Shown here piece after piece: positions 32,720 through 47,607 of a stretch of DNA of 64,000 nucleotides. Position 1 is the first letter of the stretch; each line of letters opens with the position of its first letter. Source of the DNA: the human T2T-CHM13v2.0 reference genome, Homo sapiens. Position numbers and translations under genes: made by a program. The notes under the pieces were generated by a model. The model saw nothing but the letters and a program-made list of their open reading frames with translations. It searched no databases and was not told the origin of the DNA. The stretch lies in NCBI RefSeq assembly GCF_009914755.1, contig NC_060930.1; one strand, written 5' to 3'.

Positions 32720-33195
32720 ATGCCGTGTTCATGGTGCCAAATAGCTTCCATTTCCGCCCTTCCGCCCTTGCCTCTTTGCTGCCTTCTGGACCAAAGTTGT
32801 CTGTCTTGGAGGCAGACTTGTGTAATTACTTTAACAATCTCACTTGCCCTCTGGTTTCTGGTTGGCTTTGTCCAATGGAGAGCCCCTGCAGGAGGTCAGA
32901 AGGAAGATCACAGTGCGGTCTGGTCCCACATTCCCCTGCTTCCTGCCTACAGAGTTGGCTTGGGCTGGCTGCATGATTGCGAGCAAAGACCATAACTCCT
33001 CTCAAGGTGACCCTTTCCACACTCTCTCCTCTTGCTCCTTTACACCTCAGGGTTGTAACATCTGCTGTGACTAGCCCCAGCATGTCACTCTTCTTTGTGG
33101 TTTTCCCACATCTGCCTATACCCTATCAACAGTCCCTTTACTCAACCCTCCTGGAGTATGCCACTTGCTTCCTGTTGGGGCCCTGATTGATATAC
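32720..33195 (+). mobile_element. LTR33-like ERVL LTR
   Basis: 'cttgccctctggtttctggttggctttgtccaatgg...ggggccctgattgata'. Confidence 0.6.
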
Positions 33196-33494
33196 CTACT
33201 AGGGATTCCACTTATGATCACTCTCATTTTGCTCAGGAGTCGAAGTTATGGTGATAGACATTGTATCCACAGGTGTAACTACTTGAAAGAGAAGCAATTT
33301 TTGGAATCATACCCTACCATCTGCCTTTGTTTTATTAGATCTAAAAATCTAAATTAACCATATTTTCATTTTGTCCTAAAATGCCTTATTATTGTATTTT
33401 TCTCAACACTTCTATAATATGCCATGCATATTCTTATTTTTTGAAAATTATATAATTTGTTGGTAATTACTAATTTTATGTACCTACACTACTT

Positions 33495-34090
<596 letters not shown>

Positions 34091-35008
34091 AGAGAATTCA
34101 CAAAAGGAACTAACTTACAGAACTTTATAGCTGGTTACTGGTATTGCTATCCAAATTTGCTGCTTTTCATGCAGGTGTCTTTGTCAAGGATGGGCTGTGA
34201 CATAAAATGCAAACAACTGTTTTTAATGCTACATTTAGTATACATTTTAAGTTCTCATTTAGGGCAAATGTTCACTGCAAATTAAACTAGAATATACAAA
34301 CATTTATAATGTAAAATATAACTTGTATTAGGGGTTCCTCACTTGAAGAAAACCCAAAATAAAACTCAACTTGATAAAAAATATTTGAATATATGGGATG
34401 ATAATTCAAGGTTTTTCCATGAAATAGGAATGTCTCAAATGTCAAAAAGAAAATTGAATTTGAAAGTCCTTTTGAGCATACTGGTTGACTAAAGTGAAGG
34501 ACACCTTTTTTATTTGTTTATTTATCAATTTACTTATTTATGAAATTTTAAAAATTAAGTAAATTTGCTTCCTCCTCATAGCCTCTTCTCTAAAGCTTAT
34601 CTTAATCATGTCTTCTCCTTAACCATAAGCCTACATGCTCCTAATTTTATGACTTTGTGATCACTGCAGGTTTTTATACCGTTACTCTAAACAGAATTCC
34701 AGGCTTATCTTTGCCATACCAATATCTGATGAAAGTTGTCAGCTGTATACAAAAACAAAATGACCTTCTGCTCAAGTTCCCTACCCCCACCCTCCACCCC
34801 ACAATGACTGTAAATATAAACACATTTTTAAAATTTCTTAAATATTTTCTTTATAGAAATCCAATTTAATCTCTATATCTGCCAGGATATTCTTTCAATT
34901 CATTTATCAGTACACCTTTTGAGGTTATAATAGTATGGAGAATTATAAGGAGAGTTCTAAACCAGGGATAACAAGTTAAGTAACAGGAAGATGCATAAGA
35001 AAATCTAT

Positions 35009-35567
35009 TGTTACTGATGGAGGGTCTTGACTACAAGTCTTCCAGGCTCTTGACATTTTGAACAAATAATTGGACAAAACGCACAAAGAAATGAAAGAAT
35101 GAAGCAGCGAAAGCACAGATTTATTGAAACAAAAGTACATTCCACAGAGAGGGAGCCACAGAAGCAAGCAGCTGATGAGCGCTTGTTACAGAATTTTCTG
35201 GGGTTTAAAAATACCCTCTAGAATTTCCCCATTGGTTACTTGGTCACACCCCATGTGAATGAAGGAATGGCCCACAACCAGTCTGATTGGTTGCAGAAGG
35301 CGACCAATCAGAGGCTGAAGTGAAGTAACAAAGTTACACTCTTAGGCAAATGAAGACTAGGCCCACAACCAGTCTGACTGGTTATGCGAGGGGGCCGATC
35401 AGAGGTACTTTCCATTTATCATCTGCCACACAGTGCAAAGGGAGTAGCCTCTGATCCTTTTGTTACTTCAGTGTGTAGAGGTGGGGTTTTCCTTTTGATT
35501 CAGTTATAGGAAGTCAGCACAAATCGGCCTTAGTTTCCCGGCCTCCACACCCTATTCTCCTGTCTCA
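35009..35567 (-). mobile_element. MER51-family ERV1 solo LTR
   Basis: Minus strand begins TGAGACAGGAGAATAGGG; several CCAAT boxes; 4-bp TSD ctat/ctgt. Confidence 0.85.
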
Positions 35568-35782
35568 CTGTGGTTTCTTTGTTCACCTTTATCTGTTTAA
35601 TAGCATGTATTCATGCTTCTCACTGCCACTAATATGTGTTTTGGATGATGCAGCAAGCTAAATACAATTGCTTACAGGTCAATTCATTGAAAATATTTTC
35701 ACTTCAGCCCTCTTCAAATTAAATAAGTGAAATGAAAGAATAGATCAATTAATCATTTTAGTAGCTAGGCCCTGGGTTATTG

Positions 35783-35809
35783 AGGTCAGTGACCTTGGTG
35801 GGCTGATAA
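35783..35809. promoter_or_regulatory. Perfect IR1 nuclear-receptor element with overlapping NR5A/ERR site and adjacent GATA
   Basis: AGGTCAgTGACCT, TGACCTTGG and TGATAA; motif match only. Confidence 0.45.
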
Positions 35810-36484
35810 ATGAATTTGATCCTGGGGAGGTTTCTGTTTCCCTTGTTTTAATCATTTATGTGTGCCCTATTATTCATAGAGAGAGGTACAGTGCTAGCAC
35901 TCCAAATTCAAGTTCATTAATATTACACAACAGATGCAGGTGTTTCCAGGACGGCTAAGTCAGAATAGCCCTTTTCACTGGAAAGTGTGAAAGCCAAAGT
36001 AATTGTCTTCCAACTATGCAACAGGCACAGAAGTGCATATTAGGATTACTGAAGTTGAAATTTTTACCTGACTCTCATTTGCTTCTTTCCATGCTTTGAA
36101 ATAACCTTTTCCTTCTTCCTTCTTCTCCTCCTCCTTCTCTTCTTCTTTTTTGTTTTTTTTTTTCTTCTTGTATTTCAAAAATCATAAGGCCAGTAATTTA
36201 AAAGCATGGGTAGTCTTTTTCTTTATGAAAGTTTAAGCTAAATACCTGTGCATCTTCATACACTCTTGCTTACTATTGACTGAACAAGTTTGGAATTGAG
36301 GAATGCTGATGTTCTAGTTATGCCCATTTTCTTCTACCAAACAAGGTATTAAGTTTTGTCTACATATACAAACTATTGTATAAACAGGAACAAAATGAAT
36401 TCTGGCAAAAAAAAAAAAAAAAAAAAACTGGTTATTTTTTAAATGTTTATTTGAATGGGTAAAATCAAATAAAATAGCCAATGG

Positions 36485-36792
36485 ATTATTATTTATTTAT
36501 TTATTTATTTGAGCCAGGCTCTCACTCTGACGCCTAGGCTGGAGTGCAGTGGCATGATCTCAGCTCACTGCAGCATCAACTTCCTGGGCTCAGATGATCC
36601 TCCCACCTCAGCGCCTCTGTAGCTGGGACTGTGGGCGTTCACCACAACACCAGGCTAATTTTTTTGTATTTTCTGTGGAGACGAGGTTTCGCAATGTTGC
36701 CAGGCTGGACTTGAACTCTTGGCCTCAAGCAATCTGCCCGCCTCAGCCTTCCAAAGTGCTAGGATTACAGGCGTGAGCCACTATGTCCAGCT
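36485..36792 (-). mobile_element. AluJ
   Basis: Antisense dimer; gccaatg(g/a)attatt flanks. Confidence 0.92.
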
Positions 36793-37439
36793 GCCAATGA
36801 ATTATTTACCTAAATTGAACAATTTTTTTCAAATGAGTCTAAAGATAGCCTAACACTCAATTTTCAATCCTCACTAAAGCAGGAATTCTCCAGCGCTCAG
36901 AGATAAACAAACAAACAAAAATCCAAGAAAAATATATGGAGCCTTCTTTTTATAATTTGAAATTCTGTAGGTAATTGCATCCCTTCTACCCAGATAAGCT
37001 TTCAGTTTCCAAGTTATTCTCATGCTGCCCTAACTCATTTTGAGGATGCAACATTTTAAAGATGAAAAATTTACTGCTTTAAAGAATAGGAAGAATAAAC
37101 ATCATCCATCTTCTAAGATGGACAGCCTTGTCATTACCTCACCTGCTCTTTCTGTATATGCACAGGACTAACATAAATAGTTACACTGAGCCTTAAAGAA
37201 TTATGCTTTGAGAAGTGATTTAGAAAGAAATAGAGAAGATGAGGGGAGAGACTACAAAAAGGAAGATACCTTCAGCAGGGAGCTGTATGACATTACAACC
37301 GTAGCAAAAGCAGCTACTGTATTTAAACCTCCAAAAGAGTGCTGAGCCTGAAAACTTGAGATTTGAGGCACCACATGGATATGTAGCACCTTGGAATGAT
37401 TTTTGTTCCTATTCTTCTTTTGACTGAGCTCAACTTTAA

Positions 37440-37820
37440 TAGTAGTATTTCACTTTTATCTAGCATTTTATAGTTAACATAACACTTTCGTATAATGACT
37501 ACAATTTATTTGGCATTAGATGTGTCATTATCTCATTTAATTTGCACAGCAATTGGATGACATGGATTCTACTATTATCCTAATTTTACAAGAAAGGCAG
37601 TGAAGCACAGAGAGATGAAGTAACCTGCTTTTTAGCTACGCTGCCATTCTGCACTCAAGCATCCTCTTAGTCTTCTTGACAAGCATATAAGGTAGATACC
37701 ATCTACTGCTTGCTTAAGAGAAGAGCAATTGCTGATCAGGGAGATTGAGGAATGTACCCAAGGTCACTCAGCTAGTAGACAGTAAAACTGGGGCACAAAG
37801 CCCGGTTTAGATTTCTAAAT
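37440..37820 (-). mobile_element. MIR fragments
   Basis: 'attattatcctaattttaca...cccaaggtcactcagctagt'. Confidence 0.65.
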
Positions 37821-37843
37821 TCTTCCAAGTTGCTTCTAGTGAC

Positions 37844-37877
<34 letters not shown>

Positions 37878-38687
37878 AACTGGAAAATATGGGCTAGCTG
37901 GTGAAAGTTCAGGTGGCTGGCAATAATTTTGGTGTGACTCTGAAGTCTTTGAATCCTACTTCAAGACCTACGTACATGGATACAATAAGTATAATTTAAT
38001 TTTATGTATGTATGATTATACTCTACAATATTTATACTGTTTATATTATGTATTTTATAAATTTTTATACTAAAATCCTAAATGCTAAAATACTAAAATC
38101 ATGAAACAGTATTTTATACTATTTTATACTGTACTAACACCCTTAAGTTACTATGGTATGTGTGTACCTTAAGGGTGTCACTTATAACATTCTACTGTTT
38201 TTCACTGCTATTGTTCTCTCTGAAGGGTCTGGCACTGTGCCTGGTGCATAGCGCGTGCACAGTACATCATAAATGTTTCATGTATAAAAGAATGCACGTG
38301 CCTATTTAGGCACACACAGTACTTATATAGCTTATCTTTAAGATGCAGGAGTGGAGATTCAGACTGTCCTTGGATTAATGTAGAAAGTGAAGTGTATCAG
38401 AGACCATCTATGTGGTTCACCTGCCTCGCTGCATTCGGTTTTGCTTGTACAACAGAGCATGTGCTGCATGAAGCAGCAAGATGGCTGCTCAGTTCCGCAG
38501 GCTGGATACAGCAGGTCTGGTGGAAGGCAGTCCCAGCTGCTTAGATTTTGCCCATTCTCTCTCTCCAAAAAGTAGAATTGCAGACTCTATGGAACACAGG
38601 GGTTCAGGCTCACACAAACATGGGTGTTATTACAGAGCAACAGCAAATGCACTACTGATGGATGCAGCGGGTCACTTTACCACGTAA

Positions 38688-38985
<298 letters not shown>

Positions 38986-39989
38986 GACATTACCACATGT
39001 TTTTCTCATCAGAAAGATGAAGAGTTCAAGCTGTATGACCTGTGGGTCCCTTACAGCCCTAAGCTCTACACTGTATTGCCTGTGGGTATGCCACATTAGA
39101 AAAATAAATATCAGGCTCATCTCAGGTACGCCTTAGCAAACTGGACTCTTGAAACAGTACCATCACCATCTTCTTATTCTGTCGTGATGCAATAAACATG
39201 AAAAGCAGTGAGAAATGTCCTCTAATGGTAGCTTTGTTAATTAACTACATAGTATTCTAATTACCAAACAAACAGAATATTTGATAACTATTATGACCTT
39301 GGTGGGCTGATAAATAAATTGGATCCCAGAGAGGATTGGCTATATCAAGTTTCCCTTTGCTTTACCTAATCATTTATGTATACCTGTAGGCTCTGTGTGT
39401 GTGTATATATGTGTGTGTATGCGTATGTGTGTGTGTGTGTTTTAAAGAGTCATTTAGATAAGGAATGGTTGGGGTGGATGAACAAGATTATTAAACAGAA
39501 TATGTATTTGGTTTGTTTTTTTCAAAATCAAATTGACTGTCATCAGGATATTATTTAGAAACCATTGCTCAGGTGGAGAAATGGCAGGTCAGGCCTTTGA
39601 ATTTATGCCACTGGTCTGGGTTACTGACATAGAGAAAGTAAAATTTGATGATAGATTCTTTTAAGCCACTGGTTCATCTCCTTTGTTGGATTTATTCTTC
39701 CAGTTGATTTTATTTTGTTAGTTTATTTTTGATTTTGCTTTCTTTTTTTTTAATTTGGGAGTTGTCTTTCACTAAATACAGTTATTATGTACTAAATATA
39801 TGTGTATTTTTCTGAGTGAATGTTGCCAAGTGTTCATCTTCAAAAATACAACACTGATCCTAACAAACATAAACATTGGGGTAGATCAAATTGAAAGAGT
39901 GCATAGATTAGCTCTTGATAAAAAACTACTGAAAACTCCCCTTTACAACTGGCTTTTAGTAGGAACAGGAATATCAATTTACCTTATGA

Positions 39990-40245
39990 TCCAGGGTTTT
40001 TCAAATGTCTTTCGCCATGACCCACAGTAAGGAATATGTGTTTCTCATTGTGATCCAGAATATATGTGTGTGTATCTGAATAAAAGTTTCACTAAAAATA
40101 TTTTTTCTTACTATGTGTGTGTAATGTGCTCTGATACTTAAAAAAAGAAACTCCTCTATGTTATTTTTTTAAGTGATGGCTGTAATTCACAAAATTGATT
40201 TATGACCCACTAATAGGTGGTGACCTGCAGTTTGAAAAATATGAC
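39990..40245. mobile_element. hAT-Charlie (Charlie4-like) relic
   Basis: Termini cagggtttttcaaat / gtttgaaaaatatg; related sequence at about 50110-50375. Confidence 0.55.
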
Positions 40246-40372
40246 TTAAAACCAGTAATGCAAACACACACAGAGAATTGTTTGGTCTTAGAGTAGATAC
40301 CTATAAGTATCAATCAGCCATGTCATAATGGAACAGTTCTACTGTGAATGTTTACTTTTTAAAATCAGCAGT

Positions 40373-40681
40373 AGACCGTGTGCAGTGGCTCACACCTGTA
40401 AACCCAGCACTTTGGGAGGCCAAGGTGGGCGGATCATTTGAGCACAGGAGTTTGAGACCAGTCTAACCAACGTAGTGAAACCCCATCTCTATAAAAATGC
40501 AGAAAATTAGCTGGGCATGGTGGTGCACACCTGTAATCCCAGCTACTCAGGAGGCTGATGTGTGAGGATTGCTTGAACCCAGGAGGCAGATGTTACAGTG
40601 AGCCAAGTTAGTGTTGCTGAACTCCAGCCTAGGCAACAGAGCTAGACTCTGTCTCAAAAATAAAATAAAATAATAAAATAT
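40373..40681 (+). mobile_element. Alu
   Basis: Full dimer; TSD aatcagcagta. Confidence 0.92.
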
Positions 40682-40857
40682 AATCAGCAGTAATATTGAC
40701 GGTTTCCACAACAGCCAATGAAGGCTTAGGTCAGGAGTGTCATTATCCTTCCAAGGACCCTATTTACTCTCTGACATCAGTGCCTTTTTTGGGACCACAG
40801 TGTTTCTACTGAGAGTGGCTTTAACTAACCTGACTTGAGGAAAAAGATCTTCTTCCC

Positions 40858-40924
40858 ATGATTGTGCCTCTGAATAGCCACTGCATCTAACCTGAGCAAC
40901 ACAGAAAGACCTGTCTCTAAAAAA
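40858..40924 (+). mobile_element. FAM/7SL-derived 3' fragment
   Basis: 'gtgcctctgaatagccactgca' segment, present in 7SL/FAM but not in dimeric Alu. Confidence 0.65.
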
Positions 40925-41978
40925 GTAATATATTGCTGGTGTGCCCACTAATTTTCTCTTCCCATATACTATTCAACCCAGGCTAGTTTCATGTATTTCT
41001 TTTTGGCATTTCAAGCTTAAATATCTAGAGCCTTTTACATGCTCTGCCATACTTGAGAAATTGCTGCATTATCAGAATCAAAATCAGACACTGCACTGCC
41101 CAAAGAGACTTTGGTCAGAAGCAGATATATTCACTAGTCCTCTTGAATCTCTATGTTACATCGAAGCTATTTTCTGAAAAAAAGTCCAGGAAAAACAATA
41201 CTCCAACAGGTGATGCAGACATAGGAACTGCGCTTTCCAGATGCTTCTGAGTGTTTTGGGCTATGCTTGTAAGTTTATGTGTATGAGGACTAAGAGTATC
41301 TAGAATAAGACTAGGCTGTTATTGCCCACATCTCATCTTCATCTTAAGGATGAAGCTGTTGCCAAGCACAGACTAGGTGAGGCACTGGTAAACATTATAC
41401 TCAGTCAGTTCTGATTGATTTCAATAGGCTAGAAGTAAAAATTAATTCAAAAGTAGAGTCACTTTAACCAAATGCAAAATATCATGTGCCTGTCTCTGTC
41501 TTCCTCCAACCACCTACCTCTGGCCCATAGATTTGTTTGGGTTTGGCTCTCACAGGGTTTAAACAGCAACCAAAAATTGGATTTGTTGAAGTGAAAATTT
41601 GCATATAAAAATCTGATTTTTGGCACCTGGGAGATTTGGCAGCCCTGGGCAGCATTGCCCCGTGGGAGGGTGGCTGGATGCCACCCGTTTTAGATGGGTC
41701 ATGGACTCAGACTCACCCGAACACTATTCAACTGACCACCTTCCCTCATGTTACTTTCCTGACCCATCTGTGCTTTTGAGTTTGCCCTTGCCAGATAGAA
41801 AGGAGGTTCAGTGGCACAGATTTTTTTTTTCTGTTTAACAGCTCTTATAAAGTTACTGTGCTATGTGGATGTTTGTGTAACACCTTGTATTTTATCAAGT
41901 ATCTTTCCCTCAAGGCACTCAAAAAACTATGCAAACACAAAAGGGTTAATAACAACAACAACAACAAAACAACAGAAA

Positions 41979-42392
41979 GGCTGAGTAAGGTGGCTCAGGT
42001 CTGTAATCCCAGCACTTTGGGATGCTGAAGTGCCAGGATTGCTTGAGGCCAGGAGTTCAAGACCGGCCTAGGCAAAAAAAAAAAAAAAAAAGAGGAAAGA
42101 AAGAAAGAAAGAAAGAAAAAAGAAAGAAAGAAGGAAGGAAGGAAGGAAGGAAGGAAGGAAGGAAGGAAGAAAGGAAGGAAGGAAGGAAGGAAAAAAAAAA
42201 AAAAAAAAAAAGCAAAGAAAAAAGCCAGGCATGGTGGCATACACTTGTAGTCTTAGCTAATTGGAAGGCTGAGTGAAGAGAATCCCTTGAGCTCAGGAGT
42301 TTGTGGCTGCAGTGAGCTAGGATTGTGCCACTGCATTCCAGCCTGGGCAACAAACAAAGACCCTGTCTAATAAAGAAAAACAAAACAAAAAA
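41979..42392 (+). mobile_element. AluJ with a linker expanded into an A/GAAA/GGAA tract
   Basis: Two arms separated by about 150 bp of nearly pure purines. Confidence 0.9.
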
Positions 42393-42680
42393 CTACCGAT
42401 ACCTCTTGGCTGGGCAGACTATAATATCCTAAAGAATTGCAGAGTCTGGGTAAATGCCTGATTTGGAGGAAAGTGCCCCAAAGGGCAGCCTGTCCAACCT
42501 AAGGGGGTCCTTGTGACCCTTTGATGGAAGCTGAGCAAGTGAGTCAAATGAAGATGGGAAGAAAGCCAGTGGGAGCAACAACTACCTCTTCAGCTTCCAG
42601 GGATTTGCTAGGGAGCTTGCTACAGCCATACATACGCCTGGTAGGTCTTGTCCCAGAGGACATACGTTTTGAGATGAACT

Positions 42681-43124
42681 CAAACACTTGGAACGAACTC
42701 AAATGTCCATCAATGATAGACTGGATTAAGAAAATGTGGCACATATACACCATGGAATACTATGCAGCCATAAAAAAGGATGAGTTCATGTCCTTTGCAG
42801 GGACATGGATGAAGGTAGAAACCATCATTCTGAGCAAACTAACACAGGAACAAAAAACCAAACACCGCATTTTCTCACTCATAGGTGGGAATTGAACAAT
42901 GAGAACACTTGGACACAGGAAGGGGAACATCACACCCCAGGGCCTGTCACGGGGTGGAGGGCTGCGGGAGGGAGAGCATTAGGAGAAATACCCAATGTAA
43001 ATGACGAGTTAATGGGTGCAGCACACCAACATGGCACATGTATACGTATGTAACAAACCTGCAAGGTGTGCACATGTACCCTAGAACTTAAAGTATAACA
43101 AAAAATAAAAATAAATAAATAAAT
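42681..43124 (+). mobile_element. L1PA 3' end (ORF2 C-terminus plus 3' UTR)
   Basis: Encodes KCPSMIDWIKKMWHIYTMEYYAAIK...LIGGN; G-rich 3' UTR and A tail. Confidence 0.95.
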
Positions 43125-44056
43125 AGAGACCAGCTAGAGATAGTTTCTTTAAAAAAATGGAGCCCATTCTTGAACTCTGGACTCAAATACTAATAAATGT
43201 AATAAAGATTGTTTATTTATTTATTACATTTATGACCTTACTTAATTTCCAGTTTATGGCAGGAAGCTATATATAATTTTCTTATATTTTTTATTTAGTG
43301 AGTAGTGAAGATACAAAATGGACTGTTATAAGATAGAGGTATTATTACTGAATGCTTTCTGTGTGCTTAACTCTTTATATACTTCATACATTGCCCATTC
43401 AATTCAGCCACCAACTAGCCTGAACTTAGAAATGAGGAGCTGACGGTCATGGATATTGATTTGCTTATGTAAGGTCACACATTTTTTGTTTTGCGGTTAA
43501 GATCATACACATTTTAATCTGAATCCCATATTGTTCTCTTTTCTCTTCAGATACCTTGGATTGAGCCTTAGAGTTTTTTTGCTCCTCTGCAATGAGACTG
43601 TTTTATCTTTGACCGTGATCCATCAAAATGGGACGGCCTTTTTCCACTTGATTTCAATTTTTTTTACTTAGAGAGAATCAATTTTTTAAATGCTTGTTAT
43701 ATGTATAGTTTTTTTCCTGGTTATAAAGTCAATTAGGTTCATTTGTTCAAATTTGGAAACTATGAAGGAGCACAATGAATAAAATAAATATCACTCATAA
43801 TACTATCACTCAAGATAACCCTACCACTCAGAGATAACCACTGTTAATACTACATGGTTTAAACTTTTTTTAATGAATATATATAACAAATAAAATTAGA
43901 TTCATGCTCTATATGCGATTTTATAATAAATCTTTCTACATGCCAGTAGATAACTGTTTCTATGACACAGTTTTCATGGTTCCACAATATCCTACCTACA
44001 GATACAATAATATAACATCCAGGTACCATTCCAAGTACCCTAGAAGTATTTTTTTT

Positions 44057-44073
44057 CTCTCTCTCTCTCACTG

Positions 44074-44109
<36 letters not shown>

Positions 44110-44135
44110 CCACACACACACACACACACACACAC
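44057..44135. repeat. (CT)n(CA)n compound microsatellite
   Basis: Directly visible. Confidence 0.92.
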
Positions 44136-44834
44136 TCCTATGTAGTAGGTGGCTTTATTATCCCCATTTTACATATGAGAAAACTAAGGCCCACAGAGGT
44201 AACATGGTATAATTTGATTTTGTTCAATAGCTATTAAACAATAGAACTCAGATTCAAACCCCTGTAACCTAGATCTACAGCAATATTCTTAGCCCTTCAG
44301 TTTGTTAAGTCTAACTGAGCCTTCAGAGGCCCCTGTAAAACTAGCAACTGGATAATTAAATGCTTCAATACAGCACTACTTGAGTCTGCTTCATTGGAGC
44401 AATGCCATGGCTCTTTTTACCCCTTTGTCTCTTCATTTTCTTCATTTATTTCTAGCAGTAATTATCTTGTCCATCAATTAAGACTGTGTGTGTAGACATA
44501 TACCCCACCCTGTGTCTTAACAGGTTCAATGGATGGTAGAGAAGAATAATTTTCAGATTATTTTTCCCCTTCCTTCTTTTCTTTCTTTTTTGCTAGAACT
44601 TAGTTGTTTGATTTTATTCACCAGGACCAAGTTGGACCAAAGCACAGACAATATTCTGAGAAAATAGGAAGCCTGATTTCATGGTTCTAAATGAAGTCTT
44701 CAGGCATTTCAAAATAATACACCTTACAGCTCCAAAGAACAAAGATATTGAATGGAGAGAATTTTCAAATATTATAGGGCTTTTCAGGTGGCTACTTTAC
44801 AAATTGAAACATGTCTGTAGCTTAAAAAGCAAAA

Positions 44835-45126
<292 letters not shown>

Positions 45127-45693
45127 GAAAGCAAAATTTTATAACCTAAGTTGTCTCTTCAGACATTCATAGAAACTATGGGAATTCCGTGCAAAAATAA
45201 GTCTTGTCTTCAAAAAGGAACTTGGAAATTTTAAAATATAAGGTGGTATTTTGTTTCCAAGGGCTAATATTGAAACAGTGAACCACTAAGGAAACTTCTG
45301 GATGATATTAATAGTAGCAATAATGTTAATTTTCTGGAGTCAGCCCACTAAAAATAGGAAGTACACACTTCCGCAATTGGGCTAAGAAATGAGACAGCTC
45401 ATTGATCCCAGATTTGGTTGATTGCGCCAGTCTGGCTGCTAAACGGTTTCCCAAATGGGTTGTGGCATAATGGAGACCAGCAGAGAAGATGACAAAACCA
45501 TCAGCAGGACCTGCCATTGAATTCCCCCAAGACCTTGCTGTGAGCACTGCTATCACTGAATTTGCATATAGCACTGCCAAGCTATATATAATAATTATTG
45601 TATATTTATCTCATTTTGCTCCATTAGGATTATTTTGCCTATGAATGATTTTAAAAATAAGAAAATTATTAAGAGAAAAGAATTTTGGAGTGA

Positions 45694-45849
<156 letters not shown>

Positions 45850-45879
45850 TGAGGTTTGAATCACAACTCTGTCACATAT

Positions 45880-46285
45880 TGTAATGGACATCTGGTGTTT
45901 TTCCCAGTCCCAGCACCCACTCTTTTCTGGAAGCAGCACCTTTCTTTTTCCTTGGGGAATTACCCCTTTCCTAGTTTGTGCCAATAATCAAGATTCGTGT
46001 CCTCCCCTGAAAAACAGTGTCATGTGGCCCAAGTGAGGCCAATCAGATTCAACCTCACAAATTCCAGTTGCGAGCCAGGCGATCAGGAAGAGATTGGAGC
46101 TGATCATCCCTCTGGCATGTTCCTGAAGAAATGGGCCCACTCATGCCTGCCATCTGGATGCTGGAAATTACTCTATTTCTTATTCTTCCCATGATCCAGT
46201 TGTTCACCTTTGATTCTGTAAGCTACTCCCTTCCAATATGTTTCAGTTTACTTATGTTATCTCGAATCTGTTTCTCTTGTTTGTA
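45880..46285 (+). mobile_element. Old MaLR/ERVL LTR (MLT1-like)
   Basis: 'catgtggcccaagtgaggccaatcagattc...tgtaatcaaagaac'. Confidence 0.5.
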
Positions 46286-46814
46286 ATCAAAGAACTTTAA
46301 TAGTCTAAACAAACTAAATAAATTATAACTGTAATCTCCATGGACTACAACAAATTTAAAATACCTGATTCAGTCTAACAGCTTTATAATGATGGCTTCA
46401 AAATATTTGACAATTAACAATACAGTATTTTTAAATTTATGATAAAAATGACCACAGAATATTTAAATAATCTTTCTAAAAAGTTAACCTCATACATAAC
46501 AATGCTGAAAGTAATGCCTATTTCCCAGACTTGTAAGAATTAAATGAGCACATGTCTGGAAAATGCCTGGTACAATGCCTCCTCAAGTAAGTGATCTGTA
46601 TCTATTGGCTGTTATCACTACACAATATCTGCCAGCATGAACATCTCAGTCCAAGGCAAGTTTAAACATTACATGAGTTATGCTAATAGTACTCCATAGA
46701 GTAACTTCTCTGAGTTCTTGGCAATGCAGCAATACCTGTTAGAAAGTTATATTTAGGTTAGAACATGTATCTAATAATTAAAACATTTTAGCAAAACACT
46801 GATCAAACTGGTAT

Positions 46815-46950
46815 TCAGATATTTATTTATTTATTTTTATTCTGTAGAGTCAGGGACTTACTATGTGGCTCAGGTTCTCCTACCTCAAGCAATCCTCCTG
46901 CCTTGGCCTCCAAAAGTGTTGGGATTACAGGCATGAGCCACTGTTTGCAG
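46815..46950 (-). mobile_element. FLAM-like monomer
   Basis: Single arm; TSD ctggtattcag. Confidence 0.8.
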
Positions 46951-47607
46951 CTGGTATTCAGTTTGAATAAAATAGCTTTGATCCATCAAAAGACAAAGAG
47001 CTAGTCTCGATAAAAGCATCTAAGCAAACTTTACACTATGCAAGTGAGCAGTTTTGAATTTATGGTATTTAATTCTGAATAAAGTAGTGATCTATTGGAA
47101 AGACACATTCAGATGAATGCCAACCAAGTAAGTAACTAATTTAGTCATTACTTCATATCTGTTTAAACAGAGATGCATACATGGTCACATAATAGGGCCA
47201 TTTGGAATTGTTAAGATTTTGTGGCACATGCATGTGCAGGAAATTCAAGCAAAATCCGAAATGTCCTTAGCCATTTGTTCTAATTGACTCATAAACCTGA
47301 ATGTTTAGAGGTTGGTACATCATTAGTCTCACTCTAGTAGGCATTTGGCATAAAAAGTCTTTAGTTAAAGCCTCTCCTGCTGAAGCAAAGGTTTAAAACT
47401 ATCAAGTCACTTGTCCCTGCCACCTCAGTTTTTTCTCTTTATTTTTTCCTATTACCTAGTGCAGAGAAAGTGCACTGGTGACCTATTTTCCTGAGAGCCT
47501 TTCCAATGAGCTGACATTACAACACGACAAAAATCATTCTGCCTCCTCTGATGAGGCAGTCCAATTTTGCTAGCAGAATGAGAGGGGAAAGGTATTATGA
47601 AAGGCAC

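Noticed and set aside
42521-42895. 124-aa ORF ending in an L1 ORF2 C-terminal peptide
   Set aside because: Chance fusion of flanking DNA to a 5'-truncated L1; no RT or EN domain
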